Assembly: GCA_964016885.1 (NCBI GenBank)
Contig: OZ024741.1
Span: forward strand, 68,696,001 to 68,760,000
DNA: 64,000 nucleotides
Direction: 5' to 3'
DNA from: Eledone cirrhosa
Lineage: Eukaryota
The notes under the pieces were generated by a model. The model had not been told where the DNA came from, did no database searches, and saw only the letters and a program-made list of their open reading frames with translations. Position 1 is the stretch's first letter, and every line of letters begins with the position of its first letter. Below are positions 9,970 through 21,785 of this stretch, in pieces. A program made the position numbers and the translations under genes.

Positions 9970-12900
9970 ATGACCTCACTCAGAATAGGCAGCATAAATG
10001 CGCGTGGCTTGGGGTCGTCATGGAAGCAGGGTCACCTGCTCAACGACCTCAGGTCACTAAACATAGATGTAGTGGCCATCAGCGAGACCAGAATCTCCGA
10101 AGCACGGGCCTTCGCACCGATCTTCGGCGGCTTCGATGTGTACGCATCTCCCAGCCGTCCTGGATCGGGTGGAGGAGTTGCTGTGCTTTTTCGGAGAGGT
10201 TTGGATCTCGCCATACGGGCCATCTTCCTGGACCCAGAGGGTAAGCTGGTGGTGCTGGACGTGACCAGCGGAGACGGGCAAGCTTTCAGGCTAGTGGCCG
10301 TCTATGCCCCGACAGGAGCAGGGCGGCCTGATTTCTTCCGGCGTCTGGAGACCTTTCTTGGAACGTCCCGCTCTTTAGTGTTAGTGGGCGACTGGAACGG
10401 GATCTTAGATGCACGCTGGGACTGTGTGGGATTAGCGGATAGGGGTGGAGGGTGCAAGAGCCTCACCAACCTGCTCAGGCGTTTTGAACTGTCTGACAGG
10501 TACCGATTGGATTTCCCGAATGTGCCAATGTGGACTTGGACAAACCGCATAGGGTCATCCAGATCATATCTAGATAGAGTATTTTGTAGGGAAATAGATA
10601 GGTCTAGCATAGGCTGTCCACAATTCAAGATAGTCAGCTACACGGACCACAAATTCGTGACCTGTGTGCTTGACTTAGATAGGCTTCATAGACGAGGACC
10701 CGGCTACTGGAAGCTAAACGCGTCCTTACCAGCGCGCAAGGCCTACAGAGACCGGATTAGCGAACTAGTTAAGCGGGCGTTGACGGGGGCCATCGTCAAC
10801 AACAAGTGGTGGTTTGCTCTGAAAAGAGCGATTAGAATAGAATCGATTAGGTTTAGTAAGGCTTTAGCAATAGAGAAAAATAGAGCAGAGGGAGAACTAG
10901 TTAGAAAATTAGACGAGGCGCTTAGCAAAGGCATTGCGACCGACGTGCTTGCGGCGAAATTGGCCCTTGACCAATTCTTCAATGCAAAGCACGAAGGCTG
11001 CGTTGTCAGAGCTAGGGTGCGTGCTCTCAGACACGAGGGGACGAAAGCCGTTCAATGGGCCCGAGTGGCGGAGGCGCGTCGTGGCAACAAAGCCACGATC
11101 CGGTCTTTGGTGGACCACGACGGGCGCATGCTACTCGATCCCGGGAAAATGTGTGAAGCTTTTCAGCGACACTTCGCTCAGCTGTTCGGGGGCAGCGGGG
11201 GGCCGGGTAGAGGGATGGACTTTAGTGTCTACCTCGACGGACTGCCGCGGCTCTCGGCCACTGAGGCGAAGTGTTGCGAAAAGCCGATAACAGCCGCTGA
11301 AGTACGGGAGGCAATGACTGGCTGCACAAGGGGTAAATCGCCTGGTTTGGATGGTCTGCCCTATGAACTTTACGTACAGATGCCAGACTTGTTCGGAGGC
11401 CTCTTGGCGGACGTCTACTGCAACTGGCAACAGAACGGGAGAATTCCCAGTTCTGTGAGCCGAGGAGCGGTGGCACTGCTGAGAAAGGATCCGAACAAGG
11501 GGGATAACATAGACAATTTCCGGCCCATAACTCTGCTAAACACAGAGTTTAAGATTTTGGCCAAGGTGCTAGCAAAGAGGTTGGCGCTTGTCGTTGGTGG
11601 TCTGGTGGGAGAGGCGCAGACATGCGCCATTCCCGACAGATCCATCCACGACAACCTCCACCTCATGCGATACATCGTAGAGAGGGTAGCTAGGGAACCT
11701 GGCACGGGTGGGTCCTTGATCAATTTAGATCAGTCGAAAGCTTTCGATAGGGTCGACCATCGTTACCTAGCGGCAGTCCTGAGGGCGGCTGGCTTTGGGC
11801 CCGTCTTCAGAGGCTGGATCGCTGCCATGCACAGCGACATCTGCTCTGTGGTGAGAGTGAACGGTCACCTGTCGGAACCGTTCAACATCATGCGCTCGGT
11901 CCGCCAAGGATGTCCCCTCTCGTCCCTATTGTACGTATTGACTCTCGAGCCATTACTGCACAAACTGGAGACGTTGAGGGGAGTCCCGCGCGAACTAGGA
12001 TGCGGAAGATCCGTGTCAGCATATGCGGACGATGTCACCGTAGTGGTGTCGAACGCCAAACACATCGAGGCGATCGGCACTACACTAAGAGAATACGAAG
12101 CGGTGACAGGAGCAATGATCAACCAGGAAAAGTCAGTGGGCCTGCAGCTCGGCACCTGGAGAGGCAGGTCCATGCCGTCCAACAGCGTCGTCGGGCGCTG
12201 GACGGACGGACCGGTTAAATTGCTAGGGGTCTGGTTCGGTCCGGACCTCCAGACGGACAAAAACTGGGACGAGGTGACGAGCAGGGTGGCTTCTCTCACC
12301 CAGAAATGGGCGGAGAGGAAGCTATCCCTGAAAGGTCGAGCGGAGGTGGCTAACGCGTACATCGCGTCTGTCATCTGCTACCGCCTAACCGTCGTACCTT
12401 GTCCTAAGCCTCGCCTGACTGCGCTGGAGCGTTTGCTCTTTCGCTTTTTGTGGAAGGGACGTGCTCCGATGGTCAGGCGGTCCATCTGTTGTCAACACCC
12501 GCTACGTGGAGGGCTGGGCTTGCCGTGGCTGATGATGCGCAGGCACGCGCTCAGGCTACGACATCTCCACCTCTTCCTCGACGGTGATCAGGTGTGGTCG
12601 CCGTTTGCTAGACGCGTTTTTCCCCAGCTCGTTTCCTTGACGGAGCTGCAGTCCTGGGTCAAGCGAAGACCGAGAGGGAGCGCCTGGAGACTGGAATGTC
12701 TTCAGGCGCTCACAGCCCTCGACCAATCGGGCAATGTGATCGGTGGAAACTCCACCTCGGCGTTCTATAGAGGATTAGTGGAGGGGAAGAGCGACGACGT
12801 ACTTGGGGAAACTCTAGGCGTCGACGAAAATCAACTAGCCAATCTCTTCGGAAGAACTTTCGGGCCAGGGCCTATGGACAACTTCCAGAAATCTCTGGCC

Positions 12901-13389
12901 TGGCAGTGCTACCGAGGAGCCTTGCCAGTTCGGGATAAACTCTACAGGCATGGAGGTGCCGTCAGCCGGGCATGTCCGAGATGCGCGCAGGGCGACGAAA
13001 CCGTCCTGCACGCACTCGTCCAGTGTCCGAAAATTGCTGACTTGTGGGTTTATGTCGAACACCTGCTGTCGCGTTTAGGACGGATCCAGCTATCATCTGA
13101 GTCTATCGTGAGGATTGCCCCGCCCTCCTCCTTTAGCCGGGAAGGGCAGGCAGTTTTTATCTGTCTGGTGGCCATGGCGAAAGAGATAGTATGGTGGACA
13201 CGTTTGAAAGGGCTGAAGACGAGCACTTACCTCTTCGGTGATGCTCTGATTGACTTTTTCAAATTTCATTTGAAAAGGAAAATCAGAGTAGAGAAGGAAG
13301 TGCTCTCTTCCCAGCATTTTGTTGAAAGATGGGTGAGAGAAGCAAGAATGGCCCGAGTGAATGGGCCGACTCTGAGTATATATCTGTAA
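9970..13389 (+). CDS. LINE ORF2 APE-RT-CCHC (1139 aa, intact)
   Basis: Same motifs as 1987-5406; one amino-acid difference seen (GLGMPW vs GLGLPW). Confidence 0.97.
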   Translation: MTSLRIGSINARGLGSSWKQGHLLNDLRSLNIDVVAISETRISEARAFAPIFGGFDVYASPSRPGSGGGVAVLFRRGLDLAIRAIFLDPEGKLVVLDVTSGDGQAFRLVAVYAPTGAGRPDFFRRLETFLGTSRSLVLVGDWNGILDARWDCVGLADRGGGCKSLTNLLRRFELSDRYRLDFPNVPMWTWTNRIGSSRSYLDRVFCREIDRSSIGCPQFKIVSYTDHKFVTCVLDLDRLHRRGPGYWKLNASLPARKAYRDRISELVKRALTGAIVNNKWWFALKRAIRIESIRFSKALAIEKNRAEGELVRKLDEALSKGIATDVLAAKLALDQFFNAKHEGCVVRARVRALRHEGTKAVQWARVAEARRGNKATIRSLVDHDGRMLLDPGKMCEAFQRHFAQLFGGSGGPGRGMDFSVYLDGLPRLSATEAKCCEKPITAAEVREAMTGCTRGKSPGLDGLPYELYVQMPDLFGGLLADVYCNWQQNGRIPSSVSRGAVALLRKDPNKGDNIDNFRPITLLNTEFKILAKVLAKRLALVVGGLVGEAQTCAIPDRSIHDNLHLMRYIVERVAREPGTGGSLINLDQSKAFDRVDHRYLAAVLRAAGFGPVFRGWIAAMHSDICSVVRVNGHLSEPFNIMRSVRQGCPLSSLLYVLTLEPLLHKLETLRGVPRELGCGRSVSAYADDVTVVVSNAKHIEAIGTTLREYEAVTGAMINQEKSVGLQLGTWRGRSMPSNSVVGRWTDGPVKLLGVWFGPDLQTDKNWDEVTSRVASLTQKWAERKLSLKGRAEVANAYIASVICYRLTVVPCPKPRLTALERLLFRFLWKGRAPMVRRSICCQHPLRGGLGLPWLMMRRHALRLRHLHLFLDGDQVWSPFARRVFPQLVSLTELQSWVKRRPRGSAWRLECLQALTALDQSGNVIGGNSTSAFYRGLVEGKSDDVLGETLGVDENQLANLFGRTFGPGPMDNFQKSLAWQCYRGALPVRDKLYRHGGAVSRACPRCAQGDETVLHALVQCPKIADLWVYVEHLLSRLGRIQLSSESIVRIAPPSSFSREGQAVFICLVAMAKEIVWWTRLKGLKTSTYLFGDALIDFFKFHLKRKIRVEKEVLSSQHFVERWVREARMARVNGPTLSIYL

Positions 13390-13637
13390 ACTAAAGGTGG
13401 AAAACTGGGAGAGGGCACTTGCCTTGGTGGTCAGGGTCATTGTGGCTTTTTACTGGGCTTTCTCCACAAATGTCCCTCCGAAGTCTCCCCCCTATTGGGG
13501 AATTTTTCATTGTTATTTTTGTTACATCCTCTGTTTTTGTTTTTTACACGCAGAAATGCCCATTTGTACCATCCTGTATTGTCCTGTACTGTCCTTAATG
13601 TCTACTTTATGTGAACCCTTGTGGTTAATAAAGAAAA

Positions 13638-13638
<1 letters not shown>

Positions 13639-13698
<60 letters not shown>

Positions 13699-13705
13699 GT
13701 TATTA
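13639..13705. repeat. (ATT)n shared by the 3' ends of LINE copy 2 and Dong copy B
   Basis: Directly visible. Confidence 0.95.
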
Positions 13706-13781
13706 CTCTTTGAGTCTCAGTCATTGATGTTAGTTAACTGGAAAGTTTGTTGAAATGAATATCAAGCCACTACCTGCAGCC

Positions 13782-16700
13782 TTAGATATTCAGGACGTAT
13801 CGTACGGTTATTGCTGTTCCCAGCAAGCATGCCTTTTGAAGCGTTCCAAAAAGCGTGAAGGGGCCAATTTTCTTTAACCACCCCTGGAGACTTTTTGAGA
13901 TAGTCCCTAGTGCGCCTATGACAATCGGGATCACTTTGACTTCATGGCAGTTCCAAATCCTTTTTACCTCCCACTTTAAGTCCTGGTATCGGTTAATTTT
14001 CTCCCTCTCCTTCTCTTGCACTCTTGTGTCGAATGGGCAGGCCACATCCACAATCAGGCACGATCTTTTTTCTTTGTCCACAACCACCAGGTCAGGTCTA
14101 TTGTGTTCCAGTTTCTTGTCCGTCTGTATCCTAAAATCGCACAGCACCTTCACCTGATCGTTTTCTATCACCGACTCTGGCTTATGCTCATACCACTTCT
14201 CAGAATGTGGTAAATTGTTTACTTTGCATAGGTGCCAGTGGATCATCCTTCCCATCACATCATGTCTCCAGCCCTTATAGTGAGTCTGGGCTAGGTGTTT
14301 ACACTCGCATACAATGTGAGCCAGAGTCTTCTCTCTCTCTCCACAGATCCTGCACAGTGGGCTAGCCTCCTCCTTGTAAATATGATGTTTCAACCACTTC
14401 GTTTTGAGGGCCTGCTCCTGCGCAGCCATTAACATTCCTTCTGTAGCCTTTTTAAGGTCTCCTCTTTTCAACCAGTTCCATGTCTGTGGATCTCTAAATT
14501 CAGTTTTCTCAAAGAAGGTACTATGAAGGGATTTTTCCTGAAGGCTGCTCTTTCTCCTTTATGTTATTTCCTCCTTGGACATCCCCTGGCCTATTGTCCC
14601 CTCCTTCAGTACAGTTCTGAGCATTGGCTCCTTACTATCAGTCACGTATTTGTGTTGGTTGTTTTTCTCCATCTGAACACAGTCCTCTATGCTGATAAGA
14701 CCTCTTCCACCTTCAGATCTCCTTAAGTAGAGTCTATCGATATCACTCCTCTTGTGGAACATGTTGTAGATAGTCAATAGCTTCCTAGTCTTCCTATCCA
14801 TTTCTTTTTGTTCAGCAACATTCCATCTCAGAATTCCCGCACTGTACCTAATAATAGACACAGCTCGGGAATTTACTGCACTTATGGCATTCCTACTGTT
14901 CAGATGTGACTTCAATACGCTCCTTACTCTCCGAATGTATTCAGTTCTTAACAATTCCTTCATTTTTTTGTTCTTTATGCCATCAGCCTCCAGAACGCCC
15001 AAATACTTGTATCCTTCTTCAGAGTCAATTTCCTTTATCATCTCACCTGTTGTTATCTGGATCCCATTACTTCTGCTCAACCTACCCCTCCTCATCACAA
15101 GGACTCCACACTTACTAATACCAAACTGCATACATATATCACTGCTGAAAATACGGACAGTGTCAACAAGCACATCCAACTCCTTCTCACTCTTCCCGAA
15201 GAGCTTAAGATCGTCCATGAAGAGGAGGTGATTGATGGTAAGCGCTCCCTTTCCCAACCTGTATCCTGCTCTCACTTTTCGCAGTACACTGGTCAAGGGC
15301 ATCAGGGCAAGGACAAACAACAGAGGGGACAGACTATCTCCCTGGAAGATACCTCTCTTGATCTTCACGCTTCCCAAGGATTCTCCAGTTGATGTTAACT
15401 CTGTTTCCCAGGACTTCATACTTTTGCCCAACAACTGTCTGATGTTATCTGCCACCTTGAAGATCTCCAGGCTTTTGGTGATCCAAGAATGAGGCACCAT
15501 GTCAAATGCCTTTTTGTAGTCTATCCATCCCATGGCAAGACCAGTGTGTCTCCTCTTGCAATTCCCCATTACCATCTTATCAATAAGTAACTGGTCCTTT
15601 GTACCACGTGACTTCTTTCGGCATCCTTTCTGTTCGTCCGGTAACAAGTTGTTTGTGTGGAGGTGATGGTAGATTTCCTCAGACATAATGCTTGTCAACA
15701 GTTTCCACATTACGGACAGACATGTGATAGGTCTATAGTTAGTAACATCATTACCCTTGATTCGGTCTTTCATTATCAGAACTGTGGTACCTTTTGTCAA
15801 CCACTCTGGTACCTCACCTGACATCAAGCAGTCATTGAACATGGTTGTCAGTTTCGGGTGGAGGGATGTTATATTTTTAATCCAATACCCCTGCACACCA
15901 TCTGGGCCTGGTGATTTCCAGTTGGTTAGTTTTTTGGCCTGCCCCTTAAGAGTTTCAACTGTGATACTCAAATCAGTTTGTTGGTGTGCCTGTTCACTGA
16001 TCCCCTTCTGTACTGTCTCAATCCACACTGCCTGGTCATTATGTTTAACATCCTGCTCCCATATTCCTCTCCAGAATGTTTTAATTTGTTCCGCCTCAGG
16101 GATCAAGTCGTTGCCTCTTTCTTTCCCTTCAAGCTGTCCAAAAAGCATCTTCTGGTTGTTGTCGAACATGCGGTTCTGTCTATACTGACTGACTCTGTTC
16201 TCGTATCGCCTGATTTTTGCACTCTTTGCTACAATGCGTTGCTTCAGTTCCTCTATGATAATATTTAGCTTTTTCCTCCTAGTTTTGTATTTTATTTCCA
16301 GTCTACTTTTAGTGTCTATGTTTTTGAGTGTCCCATTCAGTAGGGACTCAAGCTTTCCAATGTCATTTCTCATTACCCTGATTTGACCACTCAGTCGTTT
16401 CTTCCACCAAGGCTCTGCTCTTTCTTGTCTTTTATACCAAGTAGTTTCCTCACCGTATTTGCTGTTGCTTTGAGGATATTGTTGAACTGTTGAAGGCTCC
16501 TCGCCTCAAGGCATGGGATGACTTTGTTTACCTTAGCTGTTGTTTCTTTTAACTTTTTCCTGTCTACAAATCTTAGGTTCATAGGTCTCCCACTATCATT
16601 GTTCAATTCATCTACCACTAAATTTAGGATATCAACCAAATCTTGTCCTAGCCCGTCAGCATTCATCTCCTCAGTGGCCGTATCTCTGTTCCAGGTATTA

Positions 16701-17150
16701 TTTATCTCAGCATTCAGATCATTGTCTGCTTCGGGTGGTTCCTCCGTTCTCTCGACCTCTTCACCTTCATTTCCCACTGGCTCGTTTGCCTGGCATACTC
16801 CACCCTCCATCTCCAAGCTAATTTCTCTGCTCAGTTCCTCCAGTTCCAGCTCGCTTATCCACCCATTAGTTCTTATTACCCGAGCCTGCCCGGCTAATTT
16901 TTGTTCATCTAATTTAAATAGACCAATCTCGTTTCAGATGTTATGCATCCGTTTCCTATAGCCTTTCTCCTTGGGGTTACTCTTCAGGTAACATTGCATA
17001 ACAGTTCTATTCAATTCTTTCGTCCAGTTGGTTCTGGTCCCTTTCCTTCTTCTTCTTCCTCCGACACCAGCAGTATTTGGTTGACAGCCAGGTCCCTGCT
17101 GCTGAGCCAGGGAACACCTGTTGGGTGAGAGCTGTCACATGACATTCTAG
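13782..17150 (-). pseudogene. Disrupted single ORF of Dong copy B (fragments 16391-16816, 14559-16373, 13782-14471)
   Basis: In-frame stop near 16935 and frameshifts near 16390 and 14560; WKSPGPDG, YRPITCL, EQKGC, FQGDSLSP, FMDD, CCHC and RLE motifs. Confidence 0.88.
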
Positions 17151-17601
17151 TTTCCATTTCACCGTTATTCGAACTGTTTAGGTTCGACATTTAAACACTC
17201 TTATCGAGGATTGGCGAATGTATGGTTACATAACCACCGGTGAACTCTTCGCCTCCGGTGGTTTCGTCACTCCACGTGATTTTTGTGTGGCATTATCACG
17301 CTGTAGACGAACATAAATAAAGAAACAAACAAACAGGCAAAAAAACAACAACAAAAAACACCCCGAAAATGAATAAGCATAAGTTTCATTGTAATGTAGT
17401 GTCTGAATGTCTGACTTAGTTTTTCCCTTCCCTTCTCTGTCCCTCTGTTTGTTTTTCTTTTCATTTTTATTCTCTTTACGTTTTTCGTTGTTGCTGTGCT
17501 GCTTTGATTTTGATTTTTGTTTTTTTGATTTTGACCGGGTCATCAATTCAGTCTATTTATATATTTTGTTACCTTCCTCTTTTAGTGGGGATTCTACAGT
17601 G

Positions 17602-17727
17602 TAGCAGGGGGTAGCGGGAGAGAATAGCGGCGGTAGTGATAATGAGGCAGTGGTGGTGGTGGTGGTGGTGGCGGTGCTGTGCTAGCAGCAACTAGCAGGA
17701 GGTAGCGGGAGAGAATAGCGGCGGTAG
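17602..17727. repeat. ~35-bp direct repeat (TAGCAGGRGGTAGCGGGAGAGAATAGCGGCGGTAG) x2 around a (GGT)n run
   Basis: Copies at ~17602-17636 and ~17693-17727. Confidence 0.8.
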
Positions 17728-17729
17728 CG

Positions 17730-17762
<33 letters not shown>

Positions 17763-17768
17763 GTTATT
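17730..17768. repeat. (ATT)n tail of Dong copy C
   Basis: Directly visible. Confidence 0.95.
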
Positions 17769-19342
17769 CCTTGAATCTCAGTCATTGATGTTGGTTAACT
17801 GGAAAGTCCGTTGGATTGAATATCAAGCCACTACCTGCAGCCTCAGATATTCAGGACGTATCGGAGGGTTCTTGCCGTTCCAAGCAAGCATGCCTTTTGA
17901 AGCGTTCCAAAAAGCGTGAAGGGGCCGATTTTCTTTAACCATCCCTGGAAACCTTTGGAGATAGTCCCCAGTGCGCCTATGACAATCGGGATCACTTTGA
18001 CTTCATGGCAGTTCCAAATCCTTTTCACCTCCCACTTTAGGTCCTGGTATCGGTTAATTTTCTCCCTCTCCTTCTCTTGCACTCTCGTGTCGAACGGGCA
18101 GGCCACATCCACAATCAGGCACGATCTTTTTTCTTTGTCCACAACCACCAGGTCAGGTCTATTGTGTTCCAGTTTTTTGTCCGTCTGTATCCTAAAATCC
18201 CACAGCACCTTCACCTGACTGTTCTCCATCACCGCCTCTGGCCTATGCTCATACCATTTCTCAGAATGTGGTAGATTGTTTACTTTGCACAGGTGCCAGT
18301 GGATCACCCTGCCCATCACATCGTGTCTCCAGCCCTTATAGTGGGTCTGGGCTAGGTGTTTACACTCGGACACAATGTGAGCCACAGTCTCCTCTCTCTC
18401 TCCACAGATCCTGCACAGTGGGCTAGCCTCCTCCTTGTAGATATGGTGCTTCAACCACTTCGTTTTGAGGGCCTGCTCCTGCGCAGCCATTAGCATTCCT
18501 TCTGTAGCCTTTTTGAGGTCTCCTCTTCTCAACCAGTTCCATGTCTGTGGATCTCTAAATTCAGTTTTCTCAAAGAAGGTACTATGAAGGGATTTTCCCT
18601 TAAGGCTGCTCTTCCTCCTTGATGTTATTTCCTCCTTGGGTATCCCCTGGCCTACTGTCCCCTCCTTCAGTACAGCTCTGAGCATTGGCTCCTTACTATA
18701 GGTCACGTATTTGTATAGGTTGTTTTTCTCCATCTGAACACAGTCCTCTATGCTGATAAGACCTCTTCCACCCTCAGATCTCCTTAGGTAGAGTCTATCG
18801 ACATCACTCCTCTTGTGGAACATGTTGTAGATAGTCAATAGCTTCCTAGTCTTCCTATCCATTTCTTTTTGTTCAGCAACATTCCATCTCAGAATTCCCG
18901 CACTGTACCTAATAATAGACACAGCTCGGGAATTTACTGCGCTTATGGCATTTCTACTGTTCAGATGTGACTTCAATACGCTCCTTACTCTCCGAATGTA
19001 TTCAGTTCTTAACAATTCCTTCATTTTTTTGTTCTTTATGCCATCAGCCTCCAGAACGCCCAAATACTTGTATCCTTCCTCAGAGTCAATTTCCTTTATC
19101 ATCTCACCTGTTGGTATCTGGATCCCGTTACTTCTGCTCAACCTACCCCTCCTCATCACAATGACTCCACATTTACCAATACCAAACTGCATACATATAT
19201 CACTGCTGAAAATACGGACAGTGTCAACAAGCACATCCAACTCCTTCTCACTTTTCCCGAAGAGCTTAAGATCGTCCATGAAGAGGAGGTGATTGATGGT
19301 AAGCTCTCCCCTTCCCAACTTGTATCCTGCTCTCACTTTTCG

Positions 19343-19344
<2 letters not shown>
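17769..19344 (-). mobile_element. R4/Dong copy C (5'-truncated, reading frame open 17843-19344)
   Basis: Nearly identical to copy A; RT C-terminal half, CCHC and RLE. Confidence 0.93.
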
Positions 19345-19412
<68 letters not shown>

Positions 19413-19421
19413 GTTGTTATT
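19345..19421. repeat. (ATT)n between Dong copies C and D
   Basis: Directly visible. Confidence 0.95.
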
Positions 19422-20998
19422 CCTTGAATCTCAGTCATTGATGTTGGTTAACTGGAAAGTCCGTTGGATTGAATATCAAGCCACTACCTGCAGCCTTAGA
19501 TATTCAGGACGTATCGGAGGGTTCTTGCTGTTCCAAGCAAGCATGCCTTTTGAAGCGTTCCAAAAAGCGTGAAGGGGCCGATTTTCTTTAGCCATCCCTG
19601 GAAACTTTTGGAGATAGTCCCCAGTGCGCCTATGACAATCGGGATCACTTTGACTTCATGGCAGTTCCAAATCCTTTTCACCTCCCACTTTAGGTCCTGG
19701 TATCGGTTAATTTTCTCCCTCTCCTTCTCTTGCACTCTCGTGTCGAACGGGCAGGCCACATCCACAATCAGGCACGATCTTTTTTCTTTGTCCACAACCA
19801 CCAGGTCAGGTCTATTGTGTTCCAGTTTTTTGTCCGTCTGTATCCTAAAATCCCACAGCACCTTCACCTGATTGTTCTCCATCACCGCCTCTGGCCTATG
19901 CTCATACCATTTCTCAGAATGTGGTAAATTGTTTACTTTGCACAGGTGCCAGTGGATCACCCTGCCCATCACATCGTGTCTCCAGCCCTTATAGTGGGTC
20001 TGGGCTAGGTGTTTACACTCGGACACAATGTGAGCCACAGTCTCCTCTCTCTCTCCACAGATCCTGCACAGTGGGCTAGCCTCCTCCTTGTAGATATGGT
20101 GCTTCAACCACTTCGTTTTGAGGGCCTGCTCCTGCGCAGCCATTAGCATTCCTTCTGTAGCCTTTTTGAGGTCTCCTCTTCTCAACCAGTTCCATGTCTG
20201 TGGATCTCTAAATTCAGTTTTCTCAAAGAAGGTACTATGAAGGGATTTTCCCTTAAGGCTGCTCTTCCTCCTTGATGTTATTTCCTCCTTGGACATCCCC
20301 TGGCCTACTGTCCCCTCCTTCAGTACAGTTCTGAGCATTGGCTCCTTACTATAGGTCACGTATTTGTATAGGTTGTTTTTCTCCATCTGAACACAGTCCT
20401 CTATGCTGATAAGACCTCTTCCACCCTCAGATCTCCTTAGATAGAGTCTATCGACATCACTCCTCTTATGGAACATGTTGTAGATAGTCAATAGCTTCCT
20501 AGTCTTCCTATCCATTTCTTTTTGTTCAGCAACATTCCATCTCAGAATTCCCGCACTGTACCTAATAATAGACACAGCTCGGGAATTTACTGCGCTTATG
20601 GCATTTCTGCTGTTCAGATGTGACTTCAATACGCTCCTTACTCTCCGAATGTATTCAGTTCTTAACAATTCCTTCATTTTTTTGTTCTTTATGCCATCAG
20701 CCTCCAGAACGCCCAAATACTTGTATCCTTCCTCAGAGTCAATTTCCTTTATCATCTCACCTGTTGGTATCTGGATCCCGTTACTTCTGCTCAACCTACC
20801 CCTCTTCATCACAATGACTCCACATTTACCAATACCAAACTGCATACATATATCACTGCTGAAAATACGGACAGTGTCAACAAGCACATCCAACTCCTTC
20901 TCACTTTTCCCGAAGAGCTTAAGATCGTCCATGAAGAGGAGGTGATTGATGGTAAGCTCTCCCCTTCCCAACTTGTATCCTGCTCTCACTTTTCGCAG
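19422..20998 (-). mobile_element. R4/Dong copy D (5'-truncated, reading frame open 19496-20998)
   Basis: Nearly identical to A and C; truncated at essentially the same base as C; fused to the hammerhead-repeat unit at 20996. Confidence 0.93.
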
Positions 20999-21230
20999 TG
21001 TTGAACAAAAAGGTGACGTGGTTGCCTTAACACCGTATGGCATAAATTCAGGCTGTTCAGTTTGTTTACAAACGAACAAAGCGACGTTATAATAAGCGCC
21101 GCTAAACTGATACGTGCATATATGTATGTGTACCTGTACGCATATGTGTGTGTATATGTATATATATATATGTATGTGCATGCTGCTGTGCGTCTGTATA
21201 CATATATGTATGTACGTATACATGCATACT

Positions 21231-21234
<4 letters not shown>
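20996..21234 (+). mobile_element. Fragment of the ~420-nt hammerhead-bearing (retrozyme-like) repeat
   Basis: CAGTGTTGAACAAAAAGGTGACGTGG... matches 23444 onward and 23850 onward. Confidence 0.8.
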
Positions 21235-21302
<68 letters not shown>

Positions 21303-21650
21303 GTGTGTGTGTGTGTGTTCATTGTACGTCTATGTTTATATATATCTGTACATGTGTGTGGGTATGTATTTACATCTTCATCCCAACAAAGATATGTTGA
21401 AATTACTCAACAAACTAGTTTTGTACTTTATCACTTCTCCTTCGATCTTTGGTCTAAACACACCCGACAACCACCCATCCATATTCACTCTTCGGTATTC
21501 ATAATTAAATCACATCAAAAAAACATAACAGGAAGCTAGAATGAATCACCCACCAACCCACATCTTTTATATATCCAGTCACTCTTACTCCTACATACAC
21601 AAATAAAGAAATATTAATATCTTCGTATACACACACTCATACATGAAGAC

Positions 21651-21785
<135 letters not shown>

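Larger units (their letters stand above)
7642..13638 (+). mobile_element. L1/Tx1-clade LINE, copy 2, apparently full length (~6.0 kb)
   Basis: ~214-nt 5' UTR, ORF1, 35-nt spacer, ORF2, 3' UTR with AATAAA at 13627-13632; flanked on both sides by (ATT)n; no poly(A). Confidence 0.95.
13706..17729 (-). mobile_element. R4/Dong-clade element, copy B, near full length (5' boundary uncertain), slightly different subfamily
   Basis: Contains the N-terminal block NWTKELNRTVMQCYLKSNP..GYRKRMHNI*..EQKLAGQARVIRTNGWISELELEE typical of the R4 clade, plus RT and RLE; bounded by (ATT)n runs. Confidence 0.88.

Noticed and set aside
1-15966. Simple 7983-bp tandem segmental duplication of LINE plus Dong
   Set aside because: Dong copies A and B differ by many substitutions and in length, and the LINE 3' UTRs differ, so identity is limited to the LINE body.
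19496-21223. 575-aa and 531-aa (17843-19438) ORFs as complete proteins
   Set aside because: N-termini come from microsatellite or retrozyme sequence fortuitously in frame with truncated Dong RT-RLE.
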